Origin: Candidatus Latescibacterota bacterium
GTDB taxonomy: Bacteria; Latescibacterota; UBA2968; GCA-2709665
Length of the DNA stretch: 64,000 nt
Direction: 5' to 3'
Assembly (NCBI GenBank): GCA_965248435.1
Contig: OZ252100.1
Coordinates: forward strand, 2,464,001 to 2,528,000
Position numbers and translations under genes: made by a program. The notes beneath the pieces are model-generated. The model ran no database searches. It was not told where the DNA came from and worked only from the letters and a program-made list of their open reading frames with translations. Of the stretch, positions 49,186 to 59,161 are shown in pieces. Each line of letters starts with the position of its first letter. Position 1 is the stretch's first letter.

Positions 49186-49884
49186 TTAGAAAAGCTTCTC
49201 CAGTTTTAACCCAACAATACGAGGGCTGTCCCCGCTTTGAATGGACATGACGCCTTCAATGATCTTCTGATACTTTACTTCTTGCTCTTGTAGTAAAGAC
49301 TCCACCCAATTCTCCAGAATCTCCTGCAGCAGTTCCGGTTCGATGCCGTCCACAGCTGAGCTGACGGCGGACTTAAGAAACTCGTCCGAGATGTCTGGCA
49401 CGAGTTTTTCCAACTCAAAAACACCTTCTCTTCGGGCGATCTCTGTCAGTTCTACAAACAACTGATTGATCTCATCGAAGTTCAGCATAGACAAGGGACG
49501 TTGAGTCGTAGTCACTATGGACCGTTTCATGGAACTGTATTTCTTGCTCAACTTTGGTTTACGCGTCGGTGCCGCTTTCGAAGAGGGCCAGGCAATCTGC
49601 CCAACCTCTTTTAGCTCCTGGGCAGCTTGCGCAATTCCCCGTTGCACAGCTTCCACCTCGCTTGCCTCAAGTTGATCGGAAAACTCCATTTCCTCTTTGA
49701 TCAACTCCTCAACCCGCGTAGAGACGTTCGAAAAGATGCGATTCCTTAGTGCTTTGCTCGCCCTGTTCATTGCCGTGGCCAGATCCCTTGTGTCGACTTC
49801 CCGCAAGAGCAATTGAATTTCGCGGTCTGTCAGCTTCGGAATATCTTCAAAGCGGATCTCTTTGTCTGTCCGTCTCTTCGCCAT
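49186..49884 (-). CDS. FliG C-terminal domain fused to a MotA cytoplasmic-loop-like domain
   Basis: FEDI..L.DREIQ.LLREV...NVSTR..EEM...VEAVQ followed by ARREG...LE...FL.....AVDG.EPE; no TM segment. Confidence 0.75.
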   Translation of the reverse strand: MAKRRTDKEIRFEDIPKLTDREIQLLLREVDTRDLATAMNRASKALRNRIFSNVSTRVEELIKEEMEFSDQLEASEVEAVQRGIAQAAQELKEVGQIAWPSSKAAPTRKPKLSKKYSSMKRSIVTTTQRPLSMLNFDEINQLFVELTEIARREGVFELEKLVPDISDEFLKSAVSSAVDGIEPELLQEILENWVESLLQEQEVKYQKIIEGVMSIQSGDSPRIVGLKLEKLF

Positions 49885-49917
49885 GACAATACCTCCTTCT
49901 TCCTCGTAAAGAGAACG

Positions 49918-50625
49918 CTAGTAGAATGCTTGGACGATCGCTAGAAACTCTTTCCAGCCCAGCACCACTGCATCCGGCTCGACCCCGTCGTTGGGATCAC
50001 CGACCCGGTTATACCAGACCCCTGTCATCCCTGCGCTCTTGGCCCCTCTTACGTCGTACTTCAACGAATTCCCCACATACCACACGTCCTTCGGTTCGAG
50101 ACCCAGTTTAGCCGCTGCCGTCTGCATGATCAAGGGGTGGGGTTTAGAAACCCCATAGTCTGCACTCGACATCAAAAATTCGAAATAGTCTGCCAGGCCC
50201 TGCCGCTCCAGTTCCGACGAAAGCGTACGTCCGCTGAAGGTCGCGTTGCTCACGATCGCCATGGGAAGTTCCATTCGAGTGAGCGCCTGAAGCGTGGATT
50301 CAATCTCCGGCTCTCGGGTGAACTTCATGGAGGTCTTGAAGAACTCGAGTTCGACCTCCTCCTGCGAAAGACTAAACGTAATCCCGTGAGCTTCGTAAAC
50401 GAGACGATGGACCCAATCAGAACGAAGTTCCAGCATCGACGCGTCCCTTCGAGCTTCCAGGTCTTCCCACAATTCCGCGACAAGATCCTGTACATCTCGT
50501 GCACTCAGGCCCCTTGGATTTTCAGCAAACTGGAGGACGTGTTCGGTCCCGGATAAAGGATCCATCCCTTCGTAGGTCAGAAGGGTATCCCCCAGATCGA
50601 ACAGAATGCCTTTCGGTCTTCTCAT
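49918..50625 (-). CDS. HAD-superfamily hydrolase
   Basis: FDLGDTL, VSN, KPHP and VGNS...DV motifs. Confidence 0.9.
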   Translation of the reverse strand: MRRPKGILFDLGDTLLTYEGMDPLSGTEHVLQFAENPRGLSARDVQDLVAELWEDLEARRDASMLELRSDWVHRLVYEAHGITFSLSQEEVELEFFKTSMKFTREPEIESTLQALTRMELPMAIVSNATFSGRTLSSELERQGLADYFEFLMSSADYGVSKPHPLIMQTAAAKLGLEPKDVWYVGNSLKYDVRGAKSAGMTGVWYNRVGDPNDGVEPDAVVLGWKEFLAIVQAFY

Positions 50626-50657
50626 GTTGGTGTTTTGAACCATGATCAATCCTTATT

Positions 50658-50710
50658 CCCTCTCCCATTTATGGGAGAGGGACGCCGAGCGAAGCGAGGC
50701 AGGGTGAGGG
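50658..50710. repeat. REP-like CCCTCTCCC..GGGAGAGGG..GGGTGAGGG element
   Basis: CCCTCTCCCAT-TT-ATGGGAGAGGG hairpin plus GGGTGAGGG. Confidence 0.7.
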
Positions 50711-50721
50711 CCCGAGGGTTG

Positions 50722-51480
50722 TTATGGCTTCATAGCAGAGAACAGCGTACGCCGAAAGGCGTAGAGGATTTTCTCCGTAGGGTAGAGCCCACGCAGCCGG
50801 GCGCGGTATTCATTCAGGAAGGCGGTCTTGACCTCGCTGGAGAGTCGGTCGAAATAGGGAAGGAGAACCGTCCCGGAGGTCCATTCCACGAGTGCGTCGG
50901 CGTCCTTCATAAGATGCGGGTACACCTTCTCGAACACCTCGATCTCCCCTCCTCCGTGCTCGTGCAGCAAGACCGCGTACTCATCTACGCTGAGCACCGG
51001 AAAGGTTCGAACCCAGCCGTTCAGGGCGCTCCGGAAAGGCTCCTCGCCGGCGATCTCAACGATCGTCCGATACACAGGATGGTGATGGTTCGACGGAAGC
51101 TGAACGGCCAGCTGGCCGCCTGGATTCAGCAGGGCCAGAAGCCGGGGGACGAGCGCCTGATGATCCGGGACCCACTGGATGGCCGCGTTCGAAAACACCA
51201 GGTCCCACTGCCCCTCTATGCTTTCGATCTCCCCGCTCTTGAACGCCAGGCCAGGCCCCACGTACTCCTTCGCCTTTTCCAACATTTCTTGCGAACTGTC
51301 GATCCCCAGGACATCACTTCCCGGCAAACTGTCCGAAAGCCTCCGGGTCATCTCGCCCGTCCCGCACCCCAGATCGATCACGGACAGCCCATCGCGAACT
51401 CCGATCAGCTTCAGCAGATCCGCGAACGGGGCGAATCGCTCCGCCTTGAACTTCAAGTAGCACTCAGGATCCCAGGGCAT
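50722..51480 (-). CDS. tam: Trans-aconitate 2-methyltransferase-like SAM methyltransferase
   Basis: MPWDP..Y..F..ER..PF.DL, DLGCGTG, SNAAIQWVPDH and LAVQLP motifs. Confidence 0.85.
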   Translation of the reverse strand: MPWDPECYLKFKAERFAPFADLLKLIGVRDGLSVIDLGCGTGEMTRRLSDSLPGSDVLGIDSSQEMLEKAKEYVGPGLAFKSGEIESIEGQWDLVFSNAAIQWVPDHQALVPRLLALLNPGGQLAVQLPSNHHHPVYRTIVEIAGEEPFRSALNGWVRTFPVLSVDEYAVLLHEHGGGEIEVFEKVYPHLMKDADALVEWTSGTVLLPYFDRLSSEVKTAFLNEYRARLRGLYPTEKILYAFRRTLFSAMKP

Positions 51481-51507
51481 TCTTTCTCCGCGGTTTTGCG
51501 CCTTCCT

Positions 51508-51618
51508 TGAACGACGGTTTTGCGGTACCCGGTACCCGTGTTTTGATTTCCCGGGGCGACCCAGCGTCGCCCCCAAACCGTAAGATCCTTGTAACCTATC
51601 TACCTATCCCGGTACCCG
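51508..51618 (+). repeat. Composite GGTACC/REP element (about 110 bp)
   Basis: Colinear with 36330-36435; ends 3 nt from the stop at 51622. Confidence 0.85.
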
Positions 51619-51621
51619 GTC

Positions 51622-52605
51622 CTAACTGTCAACCGTCTGTGTCTTGCCGGTCCGAGCTGCCCGATCAAGCGCATTGCAGAGCGCCACTGTGCGCGCCGCG
51701 TCTCGCGCATCGCACAGCGTATCGCCGTTCGTTTCGATCGCCTCCACCAGGTTCGCCAGCATCGAGGCCTTCATCTGATCTTCCTCAGATACGGCATCCG
51801 TCTCCAAGGTCTCGATGTCGCAGCCGCCGAAGTCTACCCGACTGATATGCGCCGAAAGCACGGCGCTTCGTTCGCCGTCCCACACCTCGCAGAACCACTT
51901 GGACACGTAGGGGTTCTGTCCCTGATCGCAGCTGATGACCGTGGAGAGTCCGCCGCTCTTCCACAGAACCGTGCCCACCAGACCATCCGGAAACCCCTCG
52001 GTTCCCTTGTTCTCTCCAAAGACTTTCCCCTCGGCATAGACACGATCGGGCACGCTGTCCATCAGAAACGAGATCAGATCGATCGTGTGTACCGCAGTCC
52101 CGATGACCAGACCCCCGCCCTTCTCCTTATCCCAGACCCAGGTGGAGCCGCTTGCTCGTAATTCGTCCATCGCCAGCTGACCGTGACTCATCCGGGGGTG
52201 GGGCAGCAGCTCTCGAACCTTCTGGACCGTCGGCGCGATCCGGAACTTGCAGTTCACGACCAGCTTGACACCGGCCTTTTCGACCGCCTCGGCCACCTCA
52301 GTGGCCTGGGCATACGTCAGGCAAATGGGCTTTTCCACCAGCAGGTGTTTGCCTGTTTGCGCACCCCTCATCGCCAGCGGGTGGTGGGTGTCGTGCTGCG
52401 TGGCGATCACCACCAGGTCGACGCTGTCGTCGCCCATGATCCTTTCCGGATCGGTCGTCACAAACCCACTGCCCACTTCGTCGCTCAACTTCTGTGCAGA
52501 GGCCTCCACGATATCGCAGAGGCCAGCCACCTCCAGCCCCAGCTCCTTTCCCCTGACCGCGTGACTGCGTCCTGCCCATCCACAGCCGATGATCGCCATT
52601 TTCAT
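51622..52605 (-). CDS. Gfo/Idh/MocA-family oxidoreductase
   Basis: AIIGCG, HLLVEKP and GG....AVHTID motifs. Confidence 0.92.
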   Translation of the reverse strand: MKMAIIGCGWAGRSHAVRGKELGLEVAGLCDIVEASAQKLSDEVGSGFVTTDPERIMGDDSVDLVVIATQHDTHHPLAMRGAQTGKHLLVEKPICLTYAQATEVAEAVEKAGVKLVVNCKFRIAPTVQKVRELLPHPRMSHGQLAMDELRASGSTWVWDKEKGGGLVIGTAVHTIDLISFLMDSVPDRVYAEGKVFGENKGTEGFPDGLVGTVLWKSGGLSTVISCDQGQNPYVSKWFCEVWDGERSAVLSAHISRVDFGGCDIETLETDAVSEEDQMKASMLANLVEAIETNGDTLCDARDAARTVALCNALDRAARTGKTQTVDS

Positions 52606-52787
52606 ATCTCAAAACTCCTCTTTTGCGGGATTTCTAGGTGTACAAGCCACATCTGTGAATTCCAGTTTGTTCAAAAAAGGGGGTTGACAAACATCCGTTT
52701 TTACATAAATTTTATGTGTAAAATGTGTACACTTCCCCTTCCCCACGGAATTGACTTCCCTGTAATTATACCCACAAGGAGACCTGA

Positions 52788-53078
52788 ATGGCCACTGCGG
52801 CGGGGAAGACAATGACTCTGATTTCCTCGACGGAGGAAACCACAGAGAACTCAAAGACAGGAAGGAGGGACAAAGACCAAAAGAGGTATAACCTTGTCTT
52901 GCCTAAAGAGCTCTATGAAGAAGTGCGACAGTTGGCAGACAAGCGACAGACAACTGTGGTAGACCTGCTACGCCGATTCATAAAACTAGGGCTCCTGGCT
53001 ACATCCATCGAAGAAGCGCCAAACTCCTCATTGCTAGTCAAGGAGAACGGCGTCGAGCGAGAGATCATCCTTCTTTGA
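52788..53078 (+). CDS. Ribbon-helix-helix-like small protein
   Basis: KRYNLVLPKELYEEV..LA.....TVVDLLRRFIKLG pattern. Confidence 0.7.
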   Translation: MATAAGKTMTLISSTEETTENSKTGRRDKDQKRYNLVLPKELYEEVRQLADKRQTTVVDLLRRFIKLGLLATSIEEAPNSSLLVKENGVEREIILL

Positions 53079-53262
53079 GCCAGAGCTTAAGTTTCGTCCC
53101 GCGCTGAACTTCCCTACACGAAGCAGGTCTGGGCTCCCCTATCTTAACCCAGAATTTCTCCCCCGTTCCCCAATCTCCTCCTCTTCCCTTGGATTCCCCA
53201 TGTTGCCGAGAGCATTGAAATGTGCTCCCCACGGCACACATAATGTAAGGAGTTTAGTAAAC

Positions 53263-53487
53263 ATGGGCGAAATGCAACTCGAGAAGGTCGGGGTGGATGA
53301 ACTTGCAGCAGAGAAACTCCGAACCGACGTTGTGGATGTCCTAGCTAAGATCGAGCTTGTCATCACAAAGGATGATTTCATTGAGGTTAGAGCGAGGATG
53401 CCGCTCAGCAACGTCCGTAAGGTCTGCGCCGTAGTTGGAGGCGTAGCTGGTGCTATCTGGGCGTTCTGGGAGCTTGTTGCAAGATAG
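53263..53487 (+). CDS. Small hypothetical protein with a C-terminal TM helix
   Basis: AAGGAG before ATG 53263; hydrophobic C-terminus. Confidence 0.45.
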   Translation: MGEMQLEKVGVDELAAEKLRTDVVDVLAKIELVITKDDFIEVRARMPLSNVRKVCAVVGGVAGAIWAFWELVAR

Positions 53488-53495
53488 CAGATTCC

Positions 53496-55223
53496 TCAAG
53501 CCCTGGGAATAATCGGCAGCACGATATGCGAAGGATGTTCCTGCGTGTGGAGAATCGTCTGATGGGCGACTTCCATCCGTGTCCCCGTGAATATGCCTTC
53601 TCCTGTATTCAGGTTGCGATCGAACCGGGGGAAGTTCGAGCTCGAAATCTCGACGCGTAGACGGTGCCCTTTCAGAAACAGATTACTCGTGGGGGCAATT
53701 TCGATCCGGTACGTCTCCACACGACCCGGCTCAAGCAGTTCTTCGCGCTCCAGACTGTTTCTGTGGCGGGCCCGGAGGATCCCCTCTGCCAGATGGATCG
53801 CTCGCCCATCCGGGTGGACGTCCACGAGTTTCGCTGTAAAGTCCGTATCGCGCGCCGACGTCTCCGCGTAGAGCACCACCTCCAATGGCCCTGTCACCTC
53901 CAGATCTCGCTCGAGCGTCTCACTCGTGTAGACCAGAACATCCTCCCGAGCTTCCACCGGCCTCTGATCGAGTGGTCCCGGCAAAACCGGATCGGGCGAG
54001 TACATCACCATCGTCCACGTCGAGTTGTTCCCGCCGAGCGTGGGCACCGGGTTCTCCGGATCGTAGTCATATCGATCGGGCGGCTCGTCTCCCGGCGAGG
54101 TCGTATTCAACGTCCCGTCACCGTCGAGCGAGTTCGCGCTTCCATCGCTATGGAGGTAATAGGGCGTGTACTCGGTTCGCCCGAGCGGCCAGGCCTCTTC
54201 GAAGCGCCACACGTTTTCCCCCATCACGAAAATCCTGATCGGCGGCTCGTCCGTAATGCCGTTGCCTGCTCCCTTCAGCCAATAGTCGAACCAGCGGAGG
54301 TCCTCTTCTCTCACGTCCACGTCAGCGTCGGGCCCGAACACCTGGGGGTCCGAACCCTCCGGGGCGGCGTGTGACCACGGCCCGATCCAGATCTTCTGAT
54401 GCTTGCGGGCGAGTTCGGTGCCCGCACGCTGCCTCAGGCTGTTCCACATCCGGAACATACACCCCACGTAGGGATCGTACCAGCCGCCCTGCTGATAGGT
54501 GGGCACTTGGATCTGTTCAACGCGCTCTTCCGCGTTCACTTCCTTCCAGTAATCGTCGTAAAGGGTGTGTTCGACCCAATCGCGGTAAAAACCGATCTTA
54601 CGGCCGATCGCAGCCACATCGGCATCGATAAGCGGAAGGTGTCTGAGAAAACGCTGATCGCCGAACAGATAGGTGCATCCCCTCTGGATCAAGTTGATGC
54701 TGGAGGGAAACAGAACAGCTCCAAGAATCGTCAGCAGCCACTGGACTGCGCCCCCGATGCGGTGGCAGTCGCGAAAAAAATCGATGCAGACCACGTGCGG
54801 CGCCATCGCCGTCAGATGCGGACTCCCCAGGGGCGCGGCCAGCCACTGTACGAGTGCGGCGTAGGACCGGCCGTTCATGCCGATCTTCCCGTTGCACCAG
54901 GGCTGATTCGCCATCCACTCGAGCGTATCGTGTCCATCCTTTGCCTCGTCGTGGTAGGCATAAAAGGTGCCACCCGACTCGAACTTTCCGCGCGTGTCCT
55001 GAACGGCGGCCGCATACCCGCGACTCGCAAACCAGGCCCCCCACTCGATCAGTCCCGGCAGTGTGCTTTCGTAGGGCGTCCGCCACAGGATGGCAGGGAA
55101 GGGGCCGCCCTCACGGGGCAGGTAGACATCGGTGGACAGCTCGACGCCGTCCCGCATCGACGCCTTCAGATCGTACAGCATCCGGATATCGTGAGTGGGT
55201 TGAGATGCGTTTGCGTTTTTCAT
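53496..55223 (-). CDS. CocE/NonD-family hydrolase
   Basis: MRDGVELSTDVYLP, RTPY, QDTRG, GRSY, GWYD, GPWSH and SSNFPRFDRN motifs. Confidence 0.95.
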   Translation of the reverse strand: MKNANASQPTHDIRMLYDLKASMRDGVELSTDVYLPREGGPFPAILWRTPYESTLPGLIEWGAWFASRGYAAAVQDTRGKFESGGTFYAYHDEAKDGHDTLEWMANQPWCNGKIGMNGRSYAALVQWLAAPLGSPHLTAMAPHVVCIDFFRDCHRIGGAVQWLLTILGAVLFPSSINLIQRGCTYLFGDQRFLRHLPLIDADVAAIGRKIGFYRDWVEHTLYDDYWKEVNAEERVEQIQVPTYQQGGWYDPYVGCMFRMWNSLRQRAGTELARKHQKIWIGPWSHAAPEGSDPQVFGPDADVDVREEDLRWFDYWLKGAGNGITDEPPIRIFVMGENVWRFEEAWPLGRTEYTPYYLHSDGSANSLDGDGTLNTTSPGDEPPDRYDYDPENPVPTLGGNNSTWTMVMYSPDPVLPGPLDQRPVEAREDVLVYTSETLERDLEVTGPLEVVLYAETSARDTDFTAKLVDVHPDGRAIHLAEGILRARHRNSLEREELLEPGRVETYRIEIAPTSNLFLKGHRLRVEISSSNFPRFDRNLNTGEGIFTGTRMEVAHQTILHTQEHPSHIVLPIIPRA

Positions 55224-55340
55224 TTTCTTAAACCCATGGTCGATTCGGCATATGAACTGCTTCATATCTAGCACGGGCAGACAAGCTGCCCGTGGCACCG
55301 GCAGCTTGCTGCCGGTGGCTTGTATCTAGCCGCGGTCTGC

Positions 55341-56912
55341 CTATCGTCGAAGCACTTCACCCGCCCGCTCGCCCGTGAGTTTACCGTACCGAAGGGCCAG
55401 CACGCCGTTAACAACCACGTGGGCCATGCCCTTCGCGATTTGATTGGGCTCGAACGTGGTCCCGGTTTCGCCGAACATCTCAGGATCAAAGATGGCGAGG
55501 TCGGCGTGCGCACCCTTTCGGATGACGCCGCGATCCGACAGCCCCAGCGTCCGAGCAGGCTGCCCGGTGATCTTGAAGATGGCGGCCTCCGGCGTAAACG
55601 TCCGTGTCTCCCTCACCATCCGGCGATAAAACCAGGAGGCCCAGGTGTAGGCGCCGTGGAACACCGAATCCTCCAGCGGCCCGTCAGGCCCCAGGGCCGT
55701 CGCGTCCGAGCCGACCATACAGCACGGATGCTCGTAGGTCATCCTCAGGAGGTCCTCGGTATAGGAATGGAGGATCACCATCGGGCGATGCAACGCGTCG
55801 ACCTCCGCGATCAGAAGGTCATACGCACAGTCCAACGGATCCGCTCCCATCTGCTCGGCGATCTCTGCAAAATTCTTGCGCGAGAATTCTGGAAAGGTCG
55901 GATTGTCCAGAAGCACGACACGTTCCCAGTCGCCCAGCGAGGCGATCAGATTTCGGAACCCCTTCATCTCCGCTCGCGTCGCAGGATCTCGCAATCGCTC
56001 TACGATCTCTTCCTTACTGCCGTCCAGCACCCGATGCGGCAAAACGGTCTTGAGGTAGGTCGTCCCGAACAGCCGGGTATGCATGTCGAAAGCGACCTCA
56101 ACGCCCCGTCCGAGCGCTTCGTCAACCAGTTTCATAGAACGCTCTGCGTCGGCCGCCCCGCTCCGGGGGGTCAGGTGTGAGATCTGAAGCCTCGCGCCGG
56201 CGTTCTCCGCCGTTCGAATCGCCTCCTCGATCGCCTCCACCGCCTTCTCGTCCCGGTTTCGGGTATGCGTTGTGTATAGCCCCCCTGCCCGGGCGGCCAG
56301 TCCAGAGAGCGCCGTGACCTCCTCCTCCGGCGTCTCTGCCTCCGGCCCGGATTCCAATCCCGTCGAAAGGCCGAATGCCCCCTCTTCCATAGAACGCGTC
56401 AGGAGATCCTGCATCTGTTTCAGCTCGTCGGGTCGAGCAGGTCGCCCTTCTCTCCCCATCGTGGCCAGACGCAGCTGCCCGTTAGGAACCAGAGTCACTA
56501 CGTTGACCGCCGGCTGCGCCGAGTCCAGCTGCTCGAGGTATCCCGCCGTGCTGCGCCAGGAAATATCGACTTCCGGAGTGTATCCATAGATAAACTCCTT
56601 CGCAAGCTCTGGATCGCCCACCACGGCGCATCCGTATCCGCAGTTTCCGACCACTTCGAGCGTCACGCCCTGGCTGATCGAGCTCGCCGCACGCGGATCT
56701 ACGAGCAGCGTAAAGTCCGAGTGGCTGTGAATATCGATGAACCCGGGCGCGACGATCAGACCCGATGCATCGATAACGTCTGCTTCGCCATCCCCGTCCG
56801 CTTTCCCGACGTCAACGACCCGTCCATCGACGACGGCTAAATCACCGTGAAACGGCTTTTCGCCCGTGCCATCGACGATCGTACCTTCCCGAATCAAGAT
56901 GCTCTTACTCAA
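55341..56912 (-). CDS. N-acyl-D-amino-acid deacylase (amidohydrolase)
   Basis: PGFIDIHSHSD, QGVT.EVVGNCG, HTR, ISHL and GSD motifs; probable TTG start. Confidence 0.92.
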   Translation of the reverse strand: MSKSILIREGTIVDGTGEKPFHGDLAVVDGRVVDVGKADGDGEADVIDASGLIVAPGFIDIHSHSDFTLLVDPRAASSISQGVTLEVVGNCGYGCAVVGDPELAKEFIYGYTPEVDISWRSTAGYLEQLDSAQPAVNVVTLVPNGQLRLATMGREGRPARPDELKQMQDLLTRSMEEGAFGLSTGLESGPEAETPEEEVTALSGLAARAGGLYTTHTRNRDEKAVEAIEEAIRTAENAGARLQISHLTPRSGAADAERSMKLVDEALGRGVEVAFDMHTRLFGTTYLKTVLPHRVLDGSKEEIVERLRDPATRAEMKGFRNLIASLGDWERVVLLDNPTFPEFSRKNFAEIAEQMGADPLDCAYDLLIAEVDALHRPMVILHSYTEDLLRMTYEHPCCMVGSDATALGPDGPLEDSVFHGAYTWASWFYRRMVRETRTFTPEAAIFKITGQPARTLGLSDRGVIRKGAHADLAIFDPEMFGETGTTFEPNQIAKGMAHVVVNGVLALRYGKLTGERAGEVLRR

Positions 56913-57134
56913 GCGTGGACAAACCCCTTTCCGGCTCTTCGTGCTCCTTCGTGTATTTCGTGATTCAAAATAGATCACCCGGAACCGAAGTCAAGCACTC
57001 CTCGGATCCTTCAGTTGAAGGCTTGTTTCAGGCGGAAAAGGGGTTTGCCAAAGGGGTGGGCCTTCACTATAATGAAGCCCTGTTTTGGACCACTTCCGAA
57101 TGTATCACTCATAAGCTGTTTCCTCCCTTCTGCA

Positions 57135-58070
57135 ATGAATAATTTCCATATAGACGCCGAAGAAATCAATCTACCCGGTGCGGCCACACCCAGGTTCCGC
57201 CGCATCCAGGTCCGGTGGAAGGACCGCCCGATCACGGACCTGACTCAGGGCAATTTCAGATGTTACCTGTATCCCGTCTACGCCCCCTCCGGAGTCCCTC
57301 TTACGGCGGAAAGCCCGGTAGATCACCCGCATCACGACTCCATCACGGTCGGCGCAGATGCCTTCCGCGTCAAGCTCCCACCCCTGACTCCGCATATCAC
57401 TAAGCACGAAGAGCTGGCGACCTACAACCTTTACGTCAATCAGGTCTTTCAAGGACGCGCCCCGGGCAGGACGTGGGGGACATCGTTCGAGAGCAAGGAA
57501 ATCTCGGAGAATCATCTAAGGGTCATCCAGAACGTCGAGTGGCAGGGCCCTGAGGAGTGGGGTGCGGCCGATGGCCGCAGGGTCCTCGCGGAGGAGACGC
57601 GCACGATCGACATCCATCCCGGTGAAGTGGCGAATGTGATCGACATCCGCTCTCAGCTCAACCCGACAGAGTGGGACATTGAAATCGGGCCGACACGCCA
57701 CGCCTACTTCACGATCCGCCTTGCCGATCGGTTGAGGGTCGTGTCAGGTGGAACCCTCAGCGACTCTGAGGGCCGCATTGGAGACGAGGCCATTACCGGC
57801 ACCACCTCGGATTGGGTGGATATGTCCGGCCCCGCGTCTCACGGTCAGCAGGCAGGGATTACCGTCATCCCACATGCCTCCACGGCAGGGATTCCGTGGG
57901 TCGCCTACGACTGGGGCACGATCAACGTCAACCCCTTCCTCGAAAAGAAGTGCGAATTGCCGAGGGGGGAAACGTTGGATCTGGGCATCCGGATCCTCGC
58001 TCACGACGGCGACGCCCTCGAAGCCGGTATCTCCGACCTCTTCGAGTCGTTTAAGCCTGACACCAATTGA
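57135..58070 (+). CDS. DUF6807/PmoA-like-family hypothetical protein
   Basis: YLYPVYAPSG..LT.ESPVDHPHH and WVDMSG motifs. Confidence 0.7.
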   Translation: MNNFHIDAEEINLPGAATPRFRRIQVRWKDRPITDLTQGNFRCYLYPVYAPSGVPLTAESPVDHPHHDSITVGADAFRVKLPPLTPHITKHEELATYNLYVNQVFQGRAPGRTWGTSFESKEISENHLRVIQNVEWQGPEEWGAADGRRVLAEETRTIDIHPGEVANVIDIRSQLNPTEWDIEIGPTRHAYFTIRLADRLRVVSGGTLSDSEGRIGDEAITGTTSDWVDMSGPASHGQQAGITVIPHASTAGIPWVAYDWGTINVNPFLEKKCELPRGETLDLGIRILAHDGDALEAGISDLFESFKPDTN

Positions 58071-59161
58071 TGTCATCTGCAGTGTTAAGCGATTCTGAAT
58101 CGGTCACCATCGATTTCGATGCGGCACGCCGGTTGCTCTCCGACATCATGCAGCGGTTGAATGTGCCCCCCGACGAGATCGAGATCGTCGCCGAGACCCT
58201 CATGGAGGCCAGCCTGTCCGGTCACGACACACACGGGGTCGGCCGCATCCTGATGTATGTCAAGGGCATCCGCAGAGGGACGATGGTTCCCGGCGCGAAA
58301 ATGAAGGTCGTTCACGAGTCCGAATCCACGCTCCTGCTGGATGGCGGCGCCGGATTGGGTCCCGTTACCGCCAGACACGCGTTTTACATCGCGAGCGAGA
58401 AGGCAAAGAAAACCGGAATCGGCTGTGTTTCCACGCGAAACTCGAACGACATCGCCCGGCTCGGGTCCCACGTGATGAAGCCCGCTGAACGCGGCCTGAT
58501 CGCGATACTGATGGTGAACGACGCGGGCCTCGGACCCTACGTCGCCCCCTTCGGCGGCACGCAGCCCTTCCTGAGCACCAACCCTATCGCCGCTGGCATC
58601 CCGAGAGAGGCTGAAGACCCGATCGTCATCGACATCTCCACGAGCGTCGCCGCGGCCGCCAAGGTGAGCGCGGCGGCAGATCGAGGGAAACCTGTTCCTG
58701 AAGGTTGGCTGATCTCCGAAAATGGCAGCGCAACGACCGACGCCGCCTCGTGGGTCGAAAAACAGAGCGCCCTCCTTCCACTGGGCGGGATGGTCGCGGG
58801 CCACAAGGGCTTTGCCCTCGCCCTGCTGGTCGACATCCTGGCGGGCGCGCTCGGCGGCGCCGGATGCGCGGGCTGGAATCCCGATGTCGAAAACTACGAC
58901 CCGAACGCGATCTTCGCCCTCGTGATCGATCCGGAAAAGTTCGGTCCGCTCTCGGAATTCACCCAGTCCGTCGAAGGACTGATCCAGCGACTCAAGACCG
59001 TCAAGAAGGCCCCGGGCGTTGAAGAGATCCTCGTTCCTGGAGAACGCGCCGCGCGTGAACGCCGAAAGCGAGAGAAAGAGGGCATCCCGTTGGATGCGAT
59101 CACCTGGTCCGAAATCTCGAGCGTCCTGAAAGAACTCGGCATCGAAGAAGAATATGTTTAG
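58067..59161 (+). CDS. Ldh_2-family (malate/L-lactate/sulfolactate) dehydrogenase
   Basis: GHDTHGV, STNPIA, DISTS, GHKGFAL and PGE motifs. Confidence 0.92.
   Translation: MMSSAVLSDSESVTIDFDAARRLLSDIMQRLNVPPDEIEIVAETLMEASLSGHDTHGVGRILMYVKGIRRGTMVPGAKMKVVHESESTLLLDGGAGLGPVTARHAFYIASEKAKKTGIGCVSTRNSNDIARLGSHVMKPAERGLIAILMVNDAGLGPYVAPFGGTQPFLSTNPIAAGIPREAEDPIVIDISTSVAAAAKVSAAADRGKPVPEGWLISENGSATTDAASWVEKQSALLPLGGMVAGHKGFALALLVDILAGALGGAGCAGWNPDVENYDPNAIFALVIDPEKFGPLSEFTQSVEGLIQRLKTVKKAPGVEEILVPGERAARERRKREKEGIPLDAITWSEISSVLKELGIEEEYV

Noticed and set aside
57135-58070. Particulate methane monooxygenase subunit
   Set aside because: The protein is soluble with no TM helices and has no pmoB/pmoC neighbours; the family name is misleading
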